A DNA stretch of 64,000 nucleotides from Deltaproteobacteria bacterium (GTDB lineage Bacteria; Desulfobacterota; Syntrophobacteria; BM002). The stretch spans positions 139 to 64,138 of the forward strand of contig CP070692.1 in NCBI GenBank assembly GCA_020353215.1, in the 5' to 3' direction. This document shows, piece after piece, positions 37,209 through 46,288 of this stretch (position 1 is the first letter of the stretch; each line of letters begins with the position of its first letter). Both the position numbers and the translations under genes were made by a program. The notes under the pieces are model-generated. The model was not told where the DNA came from. It saw only the letters and a list, made by a program, of their open reading frames with translations, and made no database searches.

Positions 37209-37320
37209 TAGCCTAGCGGTATTATTCACCAGACGCCTAGTTCAACCACAGATATGAGCATCATTCCTGGCGTCCTCGGGCCTCAGACCCTGTGACGTAC
37301 TGTGGAAGTAGGTCACGCGT

Positions 37321-37425
37321 TCCCGCGGGATTGGACGGTGACAAGCCTATCTTCTTTGCGCTCTTTCCGCTCCGCTTGAGTCTCCACCCCTTTAGGGCGG
37401 ATCCCCGAGTACACGGTATCGTGAC
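37321..37425 (+). repeat. Dispersed intergenic repeat, copy B
   Basis: Aligns over its full length with 17598-17704. It lies between the convergent TPR-pseudokinase and PATAN genes. Confidence 0.7.
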
Positions 37426-37531
37426 GCCATTTGGTGAATGATTCGGACGAAGTGTCATTGCAGGCAGCTGCTGGGAATTGGCCAAAACCGTCGACTACCA
37501 GCAACTGACAACCGAATCCACGGATAAAGGG

Positions 37532-38761
37532 CTATTTTCTTTTGAGGAAGGAAAGGATACCCCCAGCCTTCTCTTTGCCGCCGACTGCTTGGAGGGCTTC
37601 CTGTTGAAACTGTTCCACGGTTTGATTGATGGCGCTGAGAATTGTCCCTTTGAGCTGGGGCTTTACAGGGAGTTTTTGCCAGGCGGCGCCTGGCTTTATC
37701 AAGGCCTGGATGCTCGCCGTCATCTCCTTCTCATTAAGCACCTCTGTCTGCTTGTGCAGGATTACAAGGATCCAGGCATTGAAAGAGTTGAGAATTGCCT
37801 CCTTACCAGGGGCAGAATCAGCTGCTGACTGAAGCATCCTGTGAATGTTGGTCTTGGCGTCTTTCGAGCAATCGTAGGTTCGCAGCAGTTCCAGTTGGTG
37901 GTCTGGCAACTGATTTTTCGCCTCTTGCAGCAGGGGGAGGGCTTGTGTGCCCACCGCCTTTTCCGAGATCTTCCGCATATTCTGCAGCACTTCATGATAA
38001 ATCTGGATGATGATGGAAGACTCGTTCCGGTCCCCCGGGGCGGCTGTGGGGCCGGACTCGCTCTTCTCGATTATGCCGGAGGAGATCAAAGAGTTGATCA
38101 CGCGGTAGACAACAAACTCGTCGTGCCCGCTGTCAACGATGATCTGCTGGACCGACCTTTTCCCGTCCACGAGTGAAATAACACGCCATTCGTTGGCGGT
38201 GAGGTTGACCGAGCTTTTCTGTTGCTCCACACTTCTGTTAATTTTGAAAACGACTTGGGGGTGTGGAATATTCTTCTTGAGAATGGCCCATTCATCTACT
38301 CGACGAGTGCCCTCCAGAATAATCTCCATGTGATTTAGCTCGGTACTAAATTCTGCGTCCACACTGATCTCCTGGTCCACATACTCAAAATCGCCCTGTG
38401 GCCACAAGAACAAGTCATAGAGAATGTCCCGTACCTGCTGATGAAGGAATTTTTTTAACGTGTCTAACGATATATAACCCTTTTCCACCAGGATCTTCCC
38501 AAGTCGCTCTTGCTTGTGTTTAGCTAGAGTCAGCGCTTTTTGGAGTTCCTGAGCCGAGATGATACCTTTGGCGCGCAGTAGGTAACCAAGCCTTACCTCC
38601 TTCTGGTTTCCAACTGCGTGGATGATACTGCCATTCTTGAAGTAGACCTTCGCCAATCGCCCCTTTTCAGCGATGGTGAGAATCCCTGTTTTCTTATCTC
38701 CGGAGAGTAGCTGAAGGATGCTGGCGAGATTGAAGGTCTCAATGTTGCCCTTCAGTGACAT
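37532..38761 (-). CDS. PATAN (DUF4388) domain protein with inserted MshEN/T2SSE_N-type c-di-GMP-binding motifs
   Basis: The N-terminus GNIETFNLASILQLLSGDKKTGILTI...VYFKNGSIIHA is DUF4388-like. Residues 57-109 read RLGYLLRAKGIISAQELQKALTLA-KHKQE-RLGKILVEKGYISLDTLKKFLHQQ. The PATAN second half follows (DILYDLFLWPQGDFEY). Confidence 0.8.
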   Translation of the reverse strand: MSLKGNIETFNLASILQLLSGDKKTGILTIAEKGRLAKVYFKNGSIIHAVGNQKEVRLGYLLRAKGIISAQELQKALTLAKHKQERLGKILVEKGYISLDTLKKFLHQQVRDILYDLFLWPQGDFEYVDQEISVDAEFSTELNHMEIILEGTRRVDEWAILKKNIPHPQVVFKINRSVEQQKSSVNLTANEWRVISLVDGKRSVQQIIVDSGHDEFVVYRVINSLISSGIIEKSESGPTAAPGDRNESSIIIQIYHEVLQNMRKISEKAVGTQALPLLQEAKNQLPDHQLELLRTYDCSKDAKTNIHRMLQSAADSAPGKEAILNSFNAWILVILHKQTEVLNEKEMTASIQALIKPGAAWQKLPVKPQLKGTILSAINQTVEQFQQEALQAVGGKEKAGGILSFLKRK

Positions 38762-38860
38762 GCAGGACCGCCCTCTGTAAACCGACGTAATTTCAAACGA
38801 GTGCGCAGGATTAAGGTTAACTGTCGAACTGCCGATATATATAGTAGTTGAGGGGTTTTG

Positions 38861-39862
38861 TCAACTCTTATGTCTGAATGCAAACCTCTCAGTCGGTCGA
38901 GACAGACGCAGAAATTGGTGGGCCAGTGTGGCAACACGATGCACATCTTGGGGGTGAAACCAGTGAATCCCCGAATCCCGGCGAAACCAGGTAAGCTGTC
39001 TCTTGGCGTAGCGACGGGTATCCCGCTTCAATGTCCGCAACGCTTCAGACAGTGGCAAATCGGCTGTTACATGCTCCAACAAATGTCGGTAGCCTAATGC
39101 CTGCATGCTCTTGAGCTGCGGTCCATACCCAAGCTTCACAAGCTCTTTGACCTCTTGGAGAAATCCCTGCGCCATCATTTCTTCCACCCGCCGATCAATT
39201 CGGTCATAGAGTTCACGCCGGGGAAGGTTCAGGCCGATTTTCAGAGCCTGAAACGGCCGTTCTCGAAAACCGTGCTCGCGGCGCAGTGCGGAGACAGGCT
39301 TTCCCGTGCACTCCCACACCTCCAGAGCACGGATGATCCTGAACAGATCGTTGGGATGGAGTCTTTGACCGGTTAGAGGATCCACCTCCTGCAGTCTGCG
39401 ATACAGACTTTTTCCGTTGTCCTTCTTCGCCTCCTCGCGCAACCGCTGCCGCACCTGTCTGTTAGAAGGAGCTCCAGGAAAGATCCCGTGAAAAACGGCT
39501 TTCAGGTATAGACCGGTACCTCCCACTACGAGAGCCAACTTTCCATGGCTTGCCAGGTTCTCAATCAGCGCTCGAGCCATCGTGCTGTATCGGCACACGT
39601 CAAAGTCTTCATCAGGATCCAAGATGTCCAGGAGATGATGAGACACCTCCGCCCGTTCCGCAGCCGTCGGTTTTGCGGTACCAACGTTCAGGAATCGATA
39701 TACTTGTACAGAGTCGGCGTTGATAATCTCAGCATCGAGGTCTTTGGCCAACTGGAGAGCGAGCCTGCTTTTCCCCACCCCGGTAGGGCCCATTATTGCG
39801 ATGACCCTCGGTCGTTCGTCCATCTTCCGTCCCGGCTGATCTTCCTGGCAAGAATTCACCAT
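38861..39862 (-). CDS. miaA: tRNA dimethylallyltransferase
   Basis: VIAIMGPTGVGKSRLALQLA, DSVQVYR, ERHHLLD. The true start is possibly at MDERPRV (39823). Confidence 0.9.
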   Translation of the reverse strand: MVNSCQEDQPGRKMDERPRVIAIMGPTGVGKSRLALQLAKDLDAEIINADSVQVYRFLNVGTAKPTAAERAEVSHHLLDILDPDEDFDVCRYSTMARALIENLASHGKLALVVGGTGLYLKAVFHGIFPGAPSNRQVRQRLREEAKKDNGKSLYRRLQEVDPLTGQRLHPNDLFRIIRALEVWECTGKPVSALRREHGFRERPFQALKIGLNLPRRELYDRIDRRVEEMMAQGFLQEVKELVKLGYGPQLKSMQALGYRHLLEHVTADLPLSEALRTLKRDTRRYAKRQLTWFRRDSGIHWFHPQDVHRVATLAHQFLRLSRPTERFAFRHKS

Positions 39863-40025
39863 TTCTCCAGTGGTGCTCGGACGCCCTACGGTATAGAGCG
39901 CCGGTCAGCAAGCTGAGGCAGGGCGGTACCACCCAAATTGGGGAGCGAAATTAGGGCGCATGGCAATTAAGCATGCGAACAGGACTCAAGCTACTAAGGG
40001 TCCACGCTCTGCGACTGCACTATTG

Positions 40026-41813
40026 CTACGACCTATTGAAAATCCGCTCCAATTCGGCCTTAGTGAGCTTCCACCACAGCGGGCGGCCGTGTGGACAAGT
40101 GGCGCATTGCTGCAAGCCGTCAAGTTGTCGCAACAATGCTACCATCTCTTCATTTGTCAGCCGTTGTCCGGCTTTGATGGCCAGCCGGCAGGCCATTGAT
40201 TGCAGTAGGTCCTCGAGTACTTCCCCTGACGTCGGGTAACTCCCACGGCTGCATCCGGTAGCCACTATTTCACGCAGAAGAACGAGTGGTTCCTGCCGCA
40301 GTGCCACCGCCGGTACCGACCTTACCACAAGGGTATGATCGCCGAATGGATCAAGACTGAACCCCAGTTGCTGAAACAGTGACAAAGTCTCTTCCAACCA
40401 GACTGCCTCCTCGGCAGTAACTTCCACGGTGGCCGGAGCCATCAGAATCTGGCTCGCCAACGGTCCCTTAGTTGACTCCCTCCGAAGAGCTTCATAATGC
40501 GCACGCTCGTGCGCTGCATGCTGATCGATGAGAATCAAACCATCTGGGGTTTCACAAAGTATATAGGTGTTGTGCAACTGCCCAATCACGGTTAGTTCCC
40601 CGAAAAATGGACCAATATCCTTTGGCTCTTCCTCCGCGACTTTGGTGGTCTCCTCCTCTGCAAGCATCTCATACCGCACCGAGTCTTTTATCATGAAGCC
40701 TGGAGTTCCGGGCTCTGCGATCTGCTGCTTTTCTCCCAAAGAGAAACCCAATCTCTGGGGGGTCGGCACCACAGCGGGTTGCAGTCTCGTGTCGGTGCCA
40801 AGCCGGCGCTGCCACCGTCTTCTCTCCATACCAACCAAGGCATTTTCTGCTGCACTGGTCACCGCCTTGAAAACAGCACCGGGATTGTGAAAACGCACTT
40901 CAGCTTTGGCTGGATGAACATTCACGTCCACCAGCTCTGCTGACAACTCCAAGAACAAAACTCCCATGGGGAATTGCCCCTTGGGGATCAATGTTCTGTA
41001 AGCTTCCATAAGCGCAACGCTTAGAAGCCGATCTCGAATCGGTCTACCATTTACGTACAGGAAGAGCATTCGACTGTTGGGTCTCCGCACCTCCGGTGGG
41101 CTCAGGTATCCCGAGATGTTCACTGGGGTTTCGTTGTGTGAACAAGACAGCCAAGACTGTGCCAGCCCCTTGGGGAAGACCTGTTCTAGACGCTGCTGCA
41201 AACTCGTTGCCGCTGGCCAATCATGCCCCTGACGGTTTCCATGACGTAGAGAAAAATGGATATCCGCTCTAGCTAGGGCTAACCGGGTGACCGTATCTAG
41301 CACGTGAGCGAACTCGGTTCTCTCCCTCCTTAGAAACTTGCGTCTTGCTGGTTGATTGAAGAACAAATCGCGAATCCAGAGCTGAGTTCCGGGCGGGCAG
41401 CCACATTGTCGGACCTCCTTGACAACCCCGGCGGCAACGCGCAAACATGTGCCTGCGGTAGACTCCCTGGTTCTGCTCTGGAGCTCAACTCTCGATACTG
41501 CTGCCAGACTTGGCAACGCTTCGCCACGAAAGCCGAGAGTCTTAATGGCGACCAAGTCTTCCTCAGTGCAAATCTTGCTTGTTGCATGCCGCTCCAAGGC
41601 CAAAAGAACGTCGTCTTCTTCCATCCCAGTACCGTTGTCTATTACCCGAATGTTCCGACAGACTGGCCCTTCTATTTCCACAATTATCTTCTTCGCCTGT
41701 GCATCTATGGCATTCTCTACGAGCTCTTTGACCACAGAGGCTGGTCTCTCCACAACCTCGCCAGCGGCGATTTTGTTGGCTAAGTTTTCCGCCATGACGC
41801 GAATCTTGGCCAT
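40026..41813 (-). CDS. mutL: DNA mismatch repair protein MutL
   Basis: The start is at MAKIRVMAENLANKIAAGEVVERPASVVKELVENAIDA (GHKL ATPase). The C-terminal dimerisation/endonuclease region includes QHAAHER. The annotated ORF extends 30 codons further upstream. Confidence 0.92.
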   Translation of the reverse strand: MAKIRVMAENLANKIAAGEVVERPASVVKELVENAIDAQAKKIIVEIEGPVCRNIRVIDNGTGMEEDDVLLALERHATSKICTEEDLVAIKTLGFRGEALPSLAAVSRVELQSRTRESTAGTCLRVAAGVVKEVRQCGCPPGTQLWIRDLFFNQPARRKFLRRERTEFAHVLDTVTRLALARADIHFSLRHGNRQGHDWPAATSLQQRLEQVFPKGLAQSWLSCSHNETPVNISGYLSPPEVRRPNSRMLFLYVNGRPIRDRLLSVALMEAYRTLIPKGQFPMGVLFLELSAELVDVNVHPAKAEVRFHNPGAVFKAVTSAAENALVGMERRRWQRRLGTDTRLQPAVVPTPQRLGFSLGEKQQIAEPGTPGFMIKDSVRYEMLAEEETTKVAEEEPKDIGPFFGELTVIGQLHNTYILCETPDGLILIDQHAAHERAHYEALRRESTKGPLASQILMAPATVEVTAEEAVWLEETLSLFQQLGFSLDPFGDHTLVVRSVPAVALRQEPLVLLREIVATGCSRGSYPTSGEVLEDLLQSMACRLAIKAGQRLTNEEMVALLRQLDGLQQCATCPHGRPLWWKLTKAELERIFNRS

Positions 41814-42177
41814 GCAAACCTCCCTTACTACCTCATGTATCGCATTCACTCTTGTTTGACAAGTTTCAAGGAAGTCAAAGGACGACTTCTTTCCAATCAG
41901 CACAAACCACTCAACTCAAGCCTAAATTCTTGTGGGTTAGAGTATGCGAGATGAATTCAGTTGACCACTTATGACAACCAACCAAGATTCCTTGCGGTTA
42001 AAGGTTGACACACTTTTTGAAATAGGCTATTCATGGACCGAATTTCGGCCACAGAGTGAGATAACATCCGGTAACAATTACCAATCTCACCTGACCTATG
42101 CCTACTAATGGCACCTATAGGTATGGCTACAGAGTTCGCTTCTCCGATATCCTTCTGTCACCCACCTGTAGGTCAAT

Positions 42178-43617
42178 ATGCCAGCTGATCGTGAACTCAC
42201 CGATATCACTGCGCTGTTGAGTAACTGTCTTGATGCATTTACCGCTGCTCTGTTTGTCTGGGACGATCGCAAAAGACTCCTAACCATGAGGGCATTTCAT
42301 AGTCTGAGCAAGCAAATTATTCCCAACGTACAGTTCACCCCAGAAGATGGAGGTCTGGTAGGGTGGGTAGCTAAGAGCAAGCAGCCGCTTGCCATCGACC
42401 ACTTTGATCGCCGCAATAAGACCATTCCTTACTACCACAAAGATGAAAACATCAAGTCTTTCTTGGCTACGCCTTTGGGAAAAAGCGGAGGCGTGCTGTG
42501 TGTAGACAGTAAACGCCAGTATGTCTTTACCAATAAGGATCAGAAGCTTCTTTCCGGCTTTGCGACTGTGGTGTCCAACACACTCAGTGGGGAACGGACG
42601 AACCGCCGTCAGCAACTTATGCGCCAGTTGATGACCTTGTGGTATCGTGCTGACCCCTTGCCAGCCGACTCGGATGATCCGGTACCTTATCTCACCCGTC
42701 TTCTGGACTCTGCTCGGCCGTACTTACGAGCCGATGCCGGCTTAGTTGCGGTGCCCATCAAGGAAGGGAAATTTCTGCAATTAGTTGCCACGTCCGGGGA
42801 AGTTCCAGAGCATTTGCTGAACAGGGCCCAACCGACACACCAAGGAATCGCCGGCTGGATCTTCCAGAACCGCAAGTCCCTTGTTGTTCCCAAGTTCAGA
42901 TCCCGCACTCGAATTCCTTTCCTTTTCGGTCCGTCGGACGGCATGGGGAAGATAGGCGCCCTGATCGGTATGCCCCTAGCCTGGGAAGCAGATGAGGTGG
43001 GGGGAGTGATTTGTTTCATCCGCCGTGCGGAGGCTAGTTGGAACAGAGAAGAGATAGATGCCATAACTTCTGTAGTTAGACGGGCCACCCTGGTCCTACA
43101 GAACTTCAGTCTCCGACGCGAACTGGCCATAGTTCGCAATTTAGATCCGATCACCGAGGTGTGCAACGCCTATGCCTTCGACCGGGTTCTCAACAAGAGA
43201 CTCCAAGGCTGCCTAGATGCCAGTGTCACCCTTGGCCTCGGCATCATCACCATCGAGGGACTCGAGGCTTTGAGCACTAAGGTAGCGCTGTCAGATATGG
43301 CTGTCTTGCGCCAACGTGTCGCGGCAATCCTGCTTCAGCGGATGAAAGGCAAACAACTAATGGGCTCTCTCGATCCTGGGCGCTTTGCCGTTCTATTTGA
43401 GGATGAAACTTCGGGAGAAATCAGAGCGCAGCTCACAGACATGACGAGAGCCGTAAATCGGGAACTCCTGGAACGGCTGGAGGAGCCAGCACCAATGCAT
43501 GCGTTTTTCGGCTTTGCGCTGTATCCTCGAGACGCAACTGTATCGCGTGAACTGTGGACCGTGGCTTTTCAGGCGCTGAACACCCGAAGAAACAGTGTCT
43601 CTCTTGGCGCAACTTGA
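42178..43617 (+). CDS. GAF-GAF-degenerate GGDEF domain protein (catalytically inactive)
   Basis: Two GAF-like domains are followed by a GGDEF fold. DPGRF replaces GGDEF and TIEGLE replaces DxDxFK. No RxxD I-site lies 5 residues upstream. Confidence 0.75.
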   Translation: MPADRELTDITALLSNCLDAFTAALFVWDDRKRLLTMRAFHSLSKQIIPNVQFTPEDGGLVGWVAKSKQPLAIDHFDRRNKTIPYYHKDENIKSFLATPLGKSGGVLCVDSKRQYVFTNKDQKLLSGFATVVSNTLSGERTNRRQQLMRQLMTLWYRADPLPADSDDPVPYLTRLLDSARPYLRADAGLVAVPIKEGKFLQLVATSGEVPEHLLNRAQPTHQGIAGWIFQNRKSLVVPKFRSRTRIPFLFGPSDGMGKIGALIGMPLAWEADEVGGVICFIRRAEASWNREEIDAITSVVRRATLVLQNFSLRRELAIVRNLDPITEVCNAYAFDRVLNKRLQGCLDASVTLGLGIITIEGLEALSTKVALSDMAVLRQRVAAILLQRMKGKQLMGSLDPGRFAVLFEDETSGEIRAQLTDMTRAVNRELLERLEEPAPMHAFFGFALYPRDATVSRELWTVAFQALNTRRNSVSLGAT

Positions 43618-43747
43618 GGTGACGGAAATCGAAGCATAGAGCCGCCGGACAACATGATGCGCAGCGCAAGTGACGCGTAAGAATCAAGAACTCATGAATC
43701 GAGTGGCCGGGATTTAGCGAAAGAAGCCTCTCGGCAAATAGATCGTT

Positions 43748-44776
43748 ATGAGACTTTTGGATATACTTTCTGGTTTCTTTGCCAAAGACATGGCTATGGA
43801 TCTGGGTACAGCAAACACCCTCATCTATGTGAAAGGGGAGGGGATTGTGCTCAATGAGCCTTCGGTGGTGGCCCTCAGCCGCAACACTGGAAGGGTTATA
43901 GCGGTGGGTCGTGAGGCCAAGGAGTATCTTGGCCGTACGCCGCAGAAGATCATGGCCATTCGTCCCATGAAAGATGGAGTGATCGCCGATTTTGAAGTGA
44001 CCAGTGTTATGATCACCTACTTTCTTAACAAAGTATACAAGCGCACTTTTCTTTTCCGACCACGGCTTGTCGTCGCAGTGCCCAGTGGCATAACACAGGT
44101 GGAAAAACGAGCAGTTATTGACGCAGCAGAACAGGCTGGCGCACGCCGTGTGCACCTAATCGAAGAACCCATGGCCGCCGCTATTGGTATTGGCCTTCCC
44201 ATCAGCGAGCCCATGGGTAACATGGTGGTCGATATAGGAGGCGGTACCACTGAGGTTGCGGTGATTTCGCTGTCAGCTGTGGCCCATGCTGAGTCGGTGC
44301 GAGTGGCGGGAGATGAGGCCGATCAGGCCATAATTCGGTACATTCAGCAGCATCACCAAATCGCGATCGGTGAAAACGAGGCTGAACGGATAAAGCTGGC
44401 TATCGGTTCGGCCTGCCCACTCGATGAACCGATGACTCTGGAGGTGGCGGGTAAAGAAATCCTTACGGGCATACCCAGATCCTTCCGGGTTCATGATCAG
44501 GAGATCAGACGCGCCCTGAGGGAACCGGTTAATGTGATCATCGAAAGCGTCAAGCGCGCTTTCGAACGGACGCCGCCTGAACTGGCAACGGATATCTCTG
44601 ACAACGGCGTATGGTTGGCAGGCGGTGGCGCGCTTCTCAAGAGATTGGACGTCCTACTGAGTGACATACTGCAGCTCCCGGTTAAGGTGGACCCGGATCC
44701 TCTTACTGCAGTGACCCGTGGCGCGGGTCAGGTGATGGAATCTATAGGTGATTTCAGGCAGGTTTTCATCAACTGA
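43748..44776 (+). CDS. mreB: Rod-shape-determining actin homologue MreB
   Basis: DMAMDLGTANTLIYV, EPSVVA, IEEPMAAAIG, VVDIGGGTTEVAV. No mreC/mreD lies downstream. Confidence 0.95.
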   Translation: MRLLDILSGFFAKDMAMDLGTANTLIYVKGEGIVLNEPSVVALSRNTGRVIAVGREAKEYLGRTPQKIMAIRPMKDGVIADFEVTSVMITYFLNKVYKRTFLFRPRLVVAVPSGITQVEKRAVIDAAEQAGARRVHLIEEPMAAAIGIGLPISEPMGNMVVDIGGGTTEVAVISLSAVAHAESVRVAGDEADQAIIRYIQQHHQIAIGENEAERIKLAIGSACPLDEPMTLEVAGKEILTGIPRSFRVHDQEIRRALREPVNVIIESVKRAFERTPPELATDISDNGVWLAGGGALLKRLDVLLSDILQLPVKVDPDPLTAVTRGAGQVMESIGDFRQVFIN

Positions 44777-44970
44777 GATCGCAACTGCGTCAGCAGCTCC
44801 TCTCTTTTGTGTGTTTAGGTAGAGTCTGTTTACCTGCTGCGAGAGTCAAGACGGAGCCCTAGCTCACATTATTTGCCAAACGGTTGCTGCGACCGGAGAT
44901 TTGGTCGTTTTTCGAGACGTCCTCGGCCCACTTACTCTTCGATGTTCTATTCAAGTACGGGTCGGGTGCG

Positions 44971-45097
44971 AGCCCCTGCGGTGGCAGCTCATCTTTTTCG
45001 CGCTCGCTCCGCTTCGGCCTTCGTTTAAACTTCGGCGAGACAAGCCGCACAGTCTCCACCCCTTTAGGGCGGGTCCCCGGTTACAGGGCCTTGCGAA
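44971..45097 (+). repeat. Dispersed intergenic repeat, copy C (with an internal insertion of about 37 nt)
   Basis: The 3' core AGTCTCCACCCCTTTAGGGCGGGTCCCCGGTTACAGGG and the 5' part TCTTTTTCGCGCTCGCTCCGCT match copies A and B. Confidence 0.65.
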
Positions 45098-45196
45098 ATC
45101 GATTCGTCGATAATGCGGGCTGGAAATGCTCGACTGTAGGGTATAATTCTGATCATTTTCGGACCGCTACGAGTATACAGCATCAAGGAGAAATCG

Positions 45197-45388
45197 ATGC
45201 CCTCTATCCTGAGTGAGTCAGACGTGGAAGGTCGTCTCAACTGCTTTGGGGAGTTCGATCCAAAAGACAGGATCTGTATGAACCACTGCGCGGTGAGTAT
45301 TGGGTGTGCCATAGCCAAGAGTCGGTACTTTACCCTCCAGAGCTTCGAGGATTCCCTCTCCAGCCTAATTCAGTTTGATATTGACTAG
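45197..45388 (+). CDS. Small Cys-rich hypothetical protein (63 aa)
   Basis: A strong RBS AAGGAG lies 7 nt upstream of the ATG. The Cys pattern is C-x10-C-x3-C-x5-C (CFGEFDPKDRICMNHCAVSIGC). No family recognised. Confidence 0.5.
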   Translation: MPSILSESDVEGRLNCFGEFDPKDRICMNHCAVSIGCAIAKSRYFTLQSFEDSLSSLIQFDID

Positions 45389-45556
45389 CCGCAGCAGTCA
45401 CGATTTGCCCGTTGGAATCGCGCCTTTGATCTTCCTTCCGGGCATTCTCAGGCCTTCCTTCGCTTGGCTCCCCGCCCCCTTTACGTCAGGCGGGAGATCA
45501 AAGCTTAATTGAACCGTATTGGGGCTGGATATGCCTCGGGTAATATGCTTGGTGAG

Positions 45557-46288
45557 CTACAAGATTTGACTAAGAAATAGCTTGGTGCGCTCATGGGTGG
45601 GATCCTTGAAGAAGTGCTCCGGGGTGCCCACTTCGACTATCTGCCCTTCGTCCATAAAGATAACCTTGTCTGCCACCTCTCGGGCGAAGCCCATTTCATG
45701 GGTCACCACTACCATGGTCATTCCCTCCCGAGCCAGGGTCTTCATGACATCCAGCACCTCCCCGATCATCTCGGGATCCAGGGCCGAGGTGGGCTCGTCA
45801 AAGAGCATCACTTTGGGATCCATCGCCAAGGCTCTAGCAATGGCGACCCGCTGCTGCTGCCCCCCGGAAAGGTTGTCCGGATAGGAGTCTGCCTTGTCGG
45901 GAATGCCCACCTTGCGCAATAGGGCCATGGCCTTTTCTTGTGCCTCCTCTTTGGAGCGCCGGCGCACCACATTCTGGGCCAGGGTGAGGTTTCCCAAAGC
46001 CGTCTTGTGGGCAAAGAGGTTGAATGATTGGAACACCATGCCCAGTTCCGCCCGGACTTTGTTGATATTGGTCTTGGGATCAAGAATGTCAACGCCGTCT
46101 ATATAGATATGGCCGCTGTCAGCCTTCTCCAGACGATTCAAACATCGCAGGATGGTGCTTTTCCCTGATCCAGATGGGCCTATGATCACCACCACCTCGC
46201 CCTTGTCCACCTGACATGAGACATCGACCAGTGCCTCGATCTTATGGGTAGTGTAGAAGGTCTTGTAAACGTTTTCTGCTCTAACCAC
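45557..46288 (-). CDS. Polar amino-acid ABC transporter ATP-binding protein (GlnQ/HisP-like)
   Basis: [45 protein letters not shown]. Confidence 0.92.
   Translation of the reverse strand: MVRAENVYKTFYTTHKIEALVDVSCQVDKGEVVVIIGPSGSGKSTILRCLNRLEKADSGHIYIDGVDILDPKTNINKVRAELGMVFQSFNLFAHKTALGNLTLAQNVVRRRSKEEAQEKAMALLRKVGIPDKADSYPDNLSGGQQQRVAIARALAMDPKVMLFDEPTSALDPEMIGEVLDVMKTLAREGMTMVVVTHEMGFAREVADKVIFMDEGQIVEVGTPEHFFKDPTHERTKLFLSQIL

Noticed and set aside
43433-44155. 240-aa minus-strand ORF spanning the GGDEF-like gene end and the mreB start
   Set aside because: It overlaps two well-supported + strand genes. It is Cys/His-rich with no recognisable fold.
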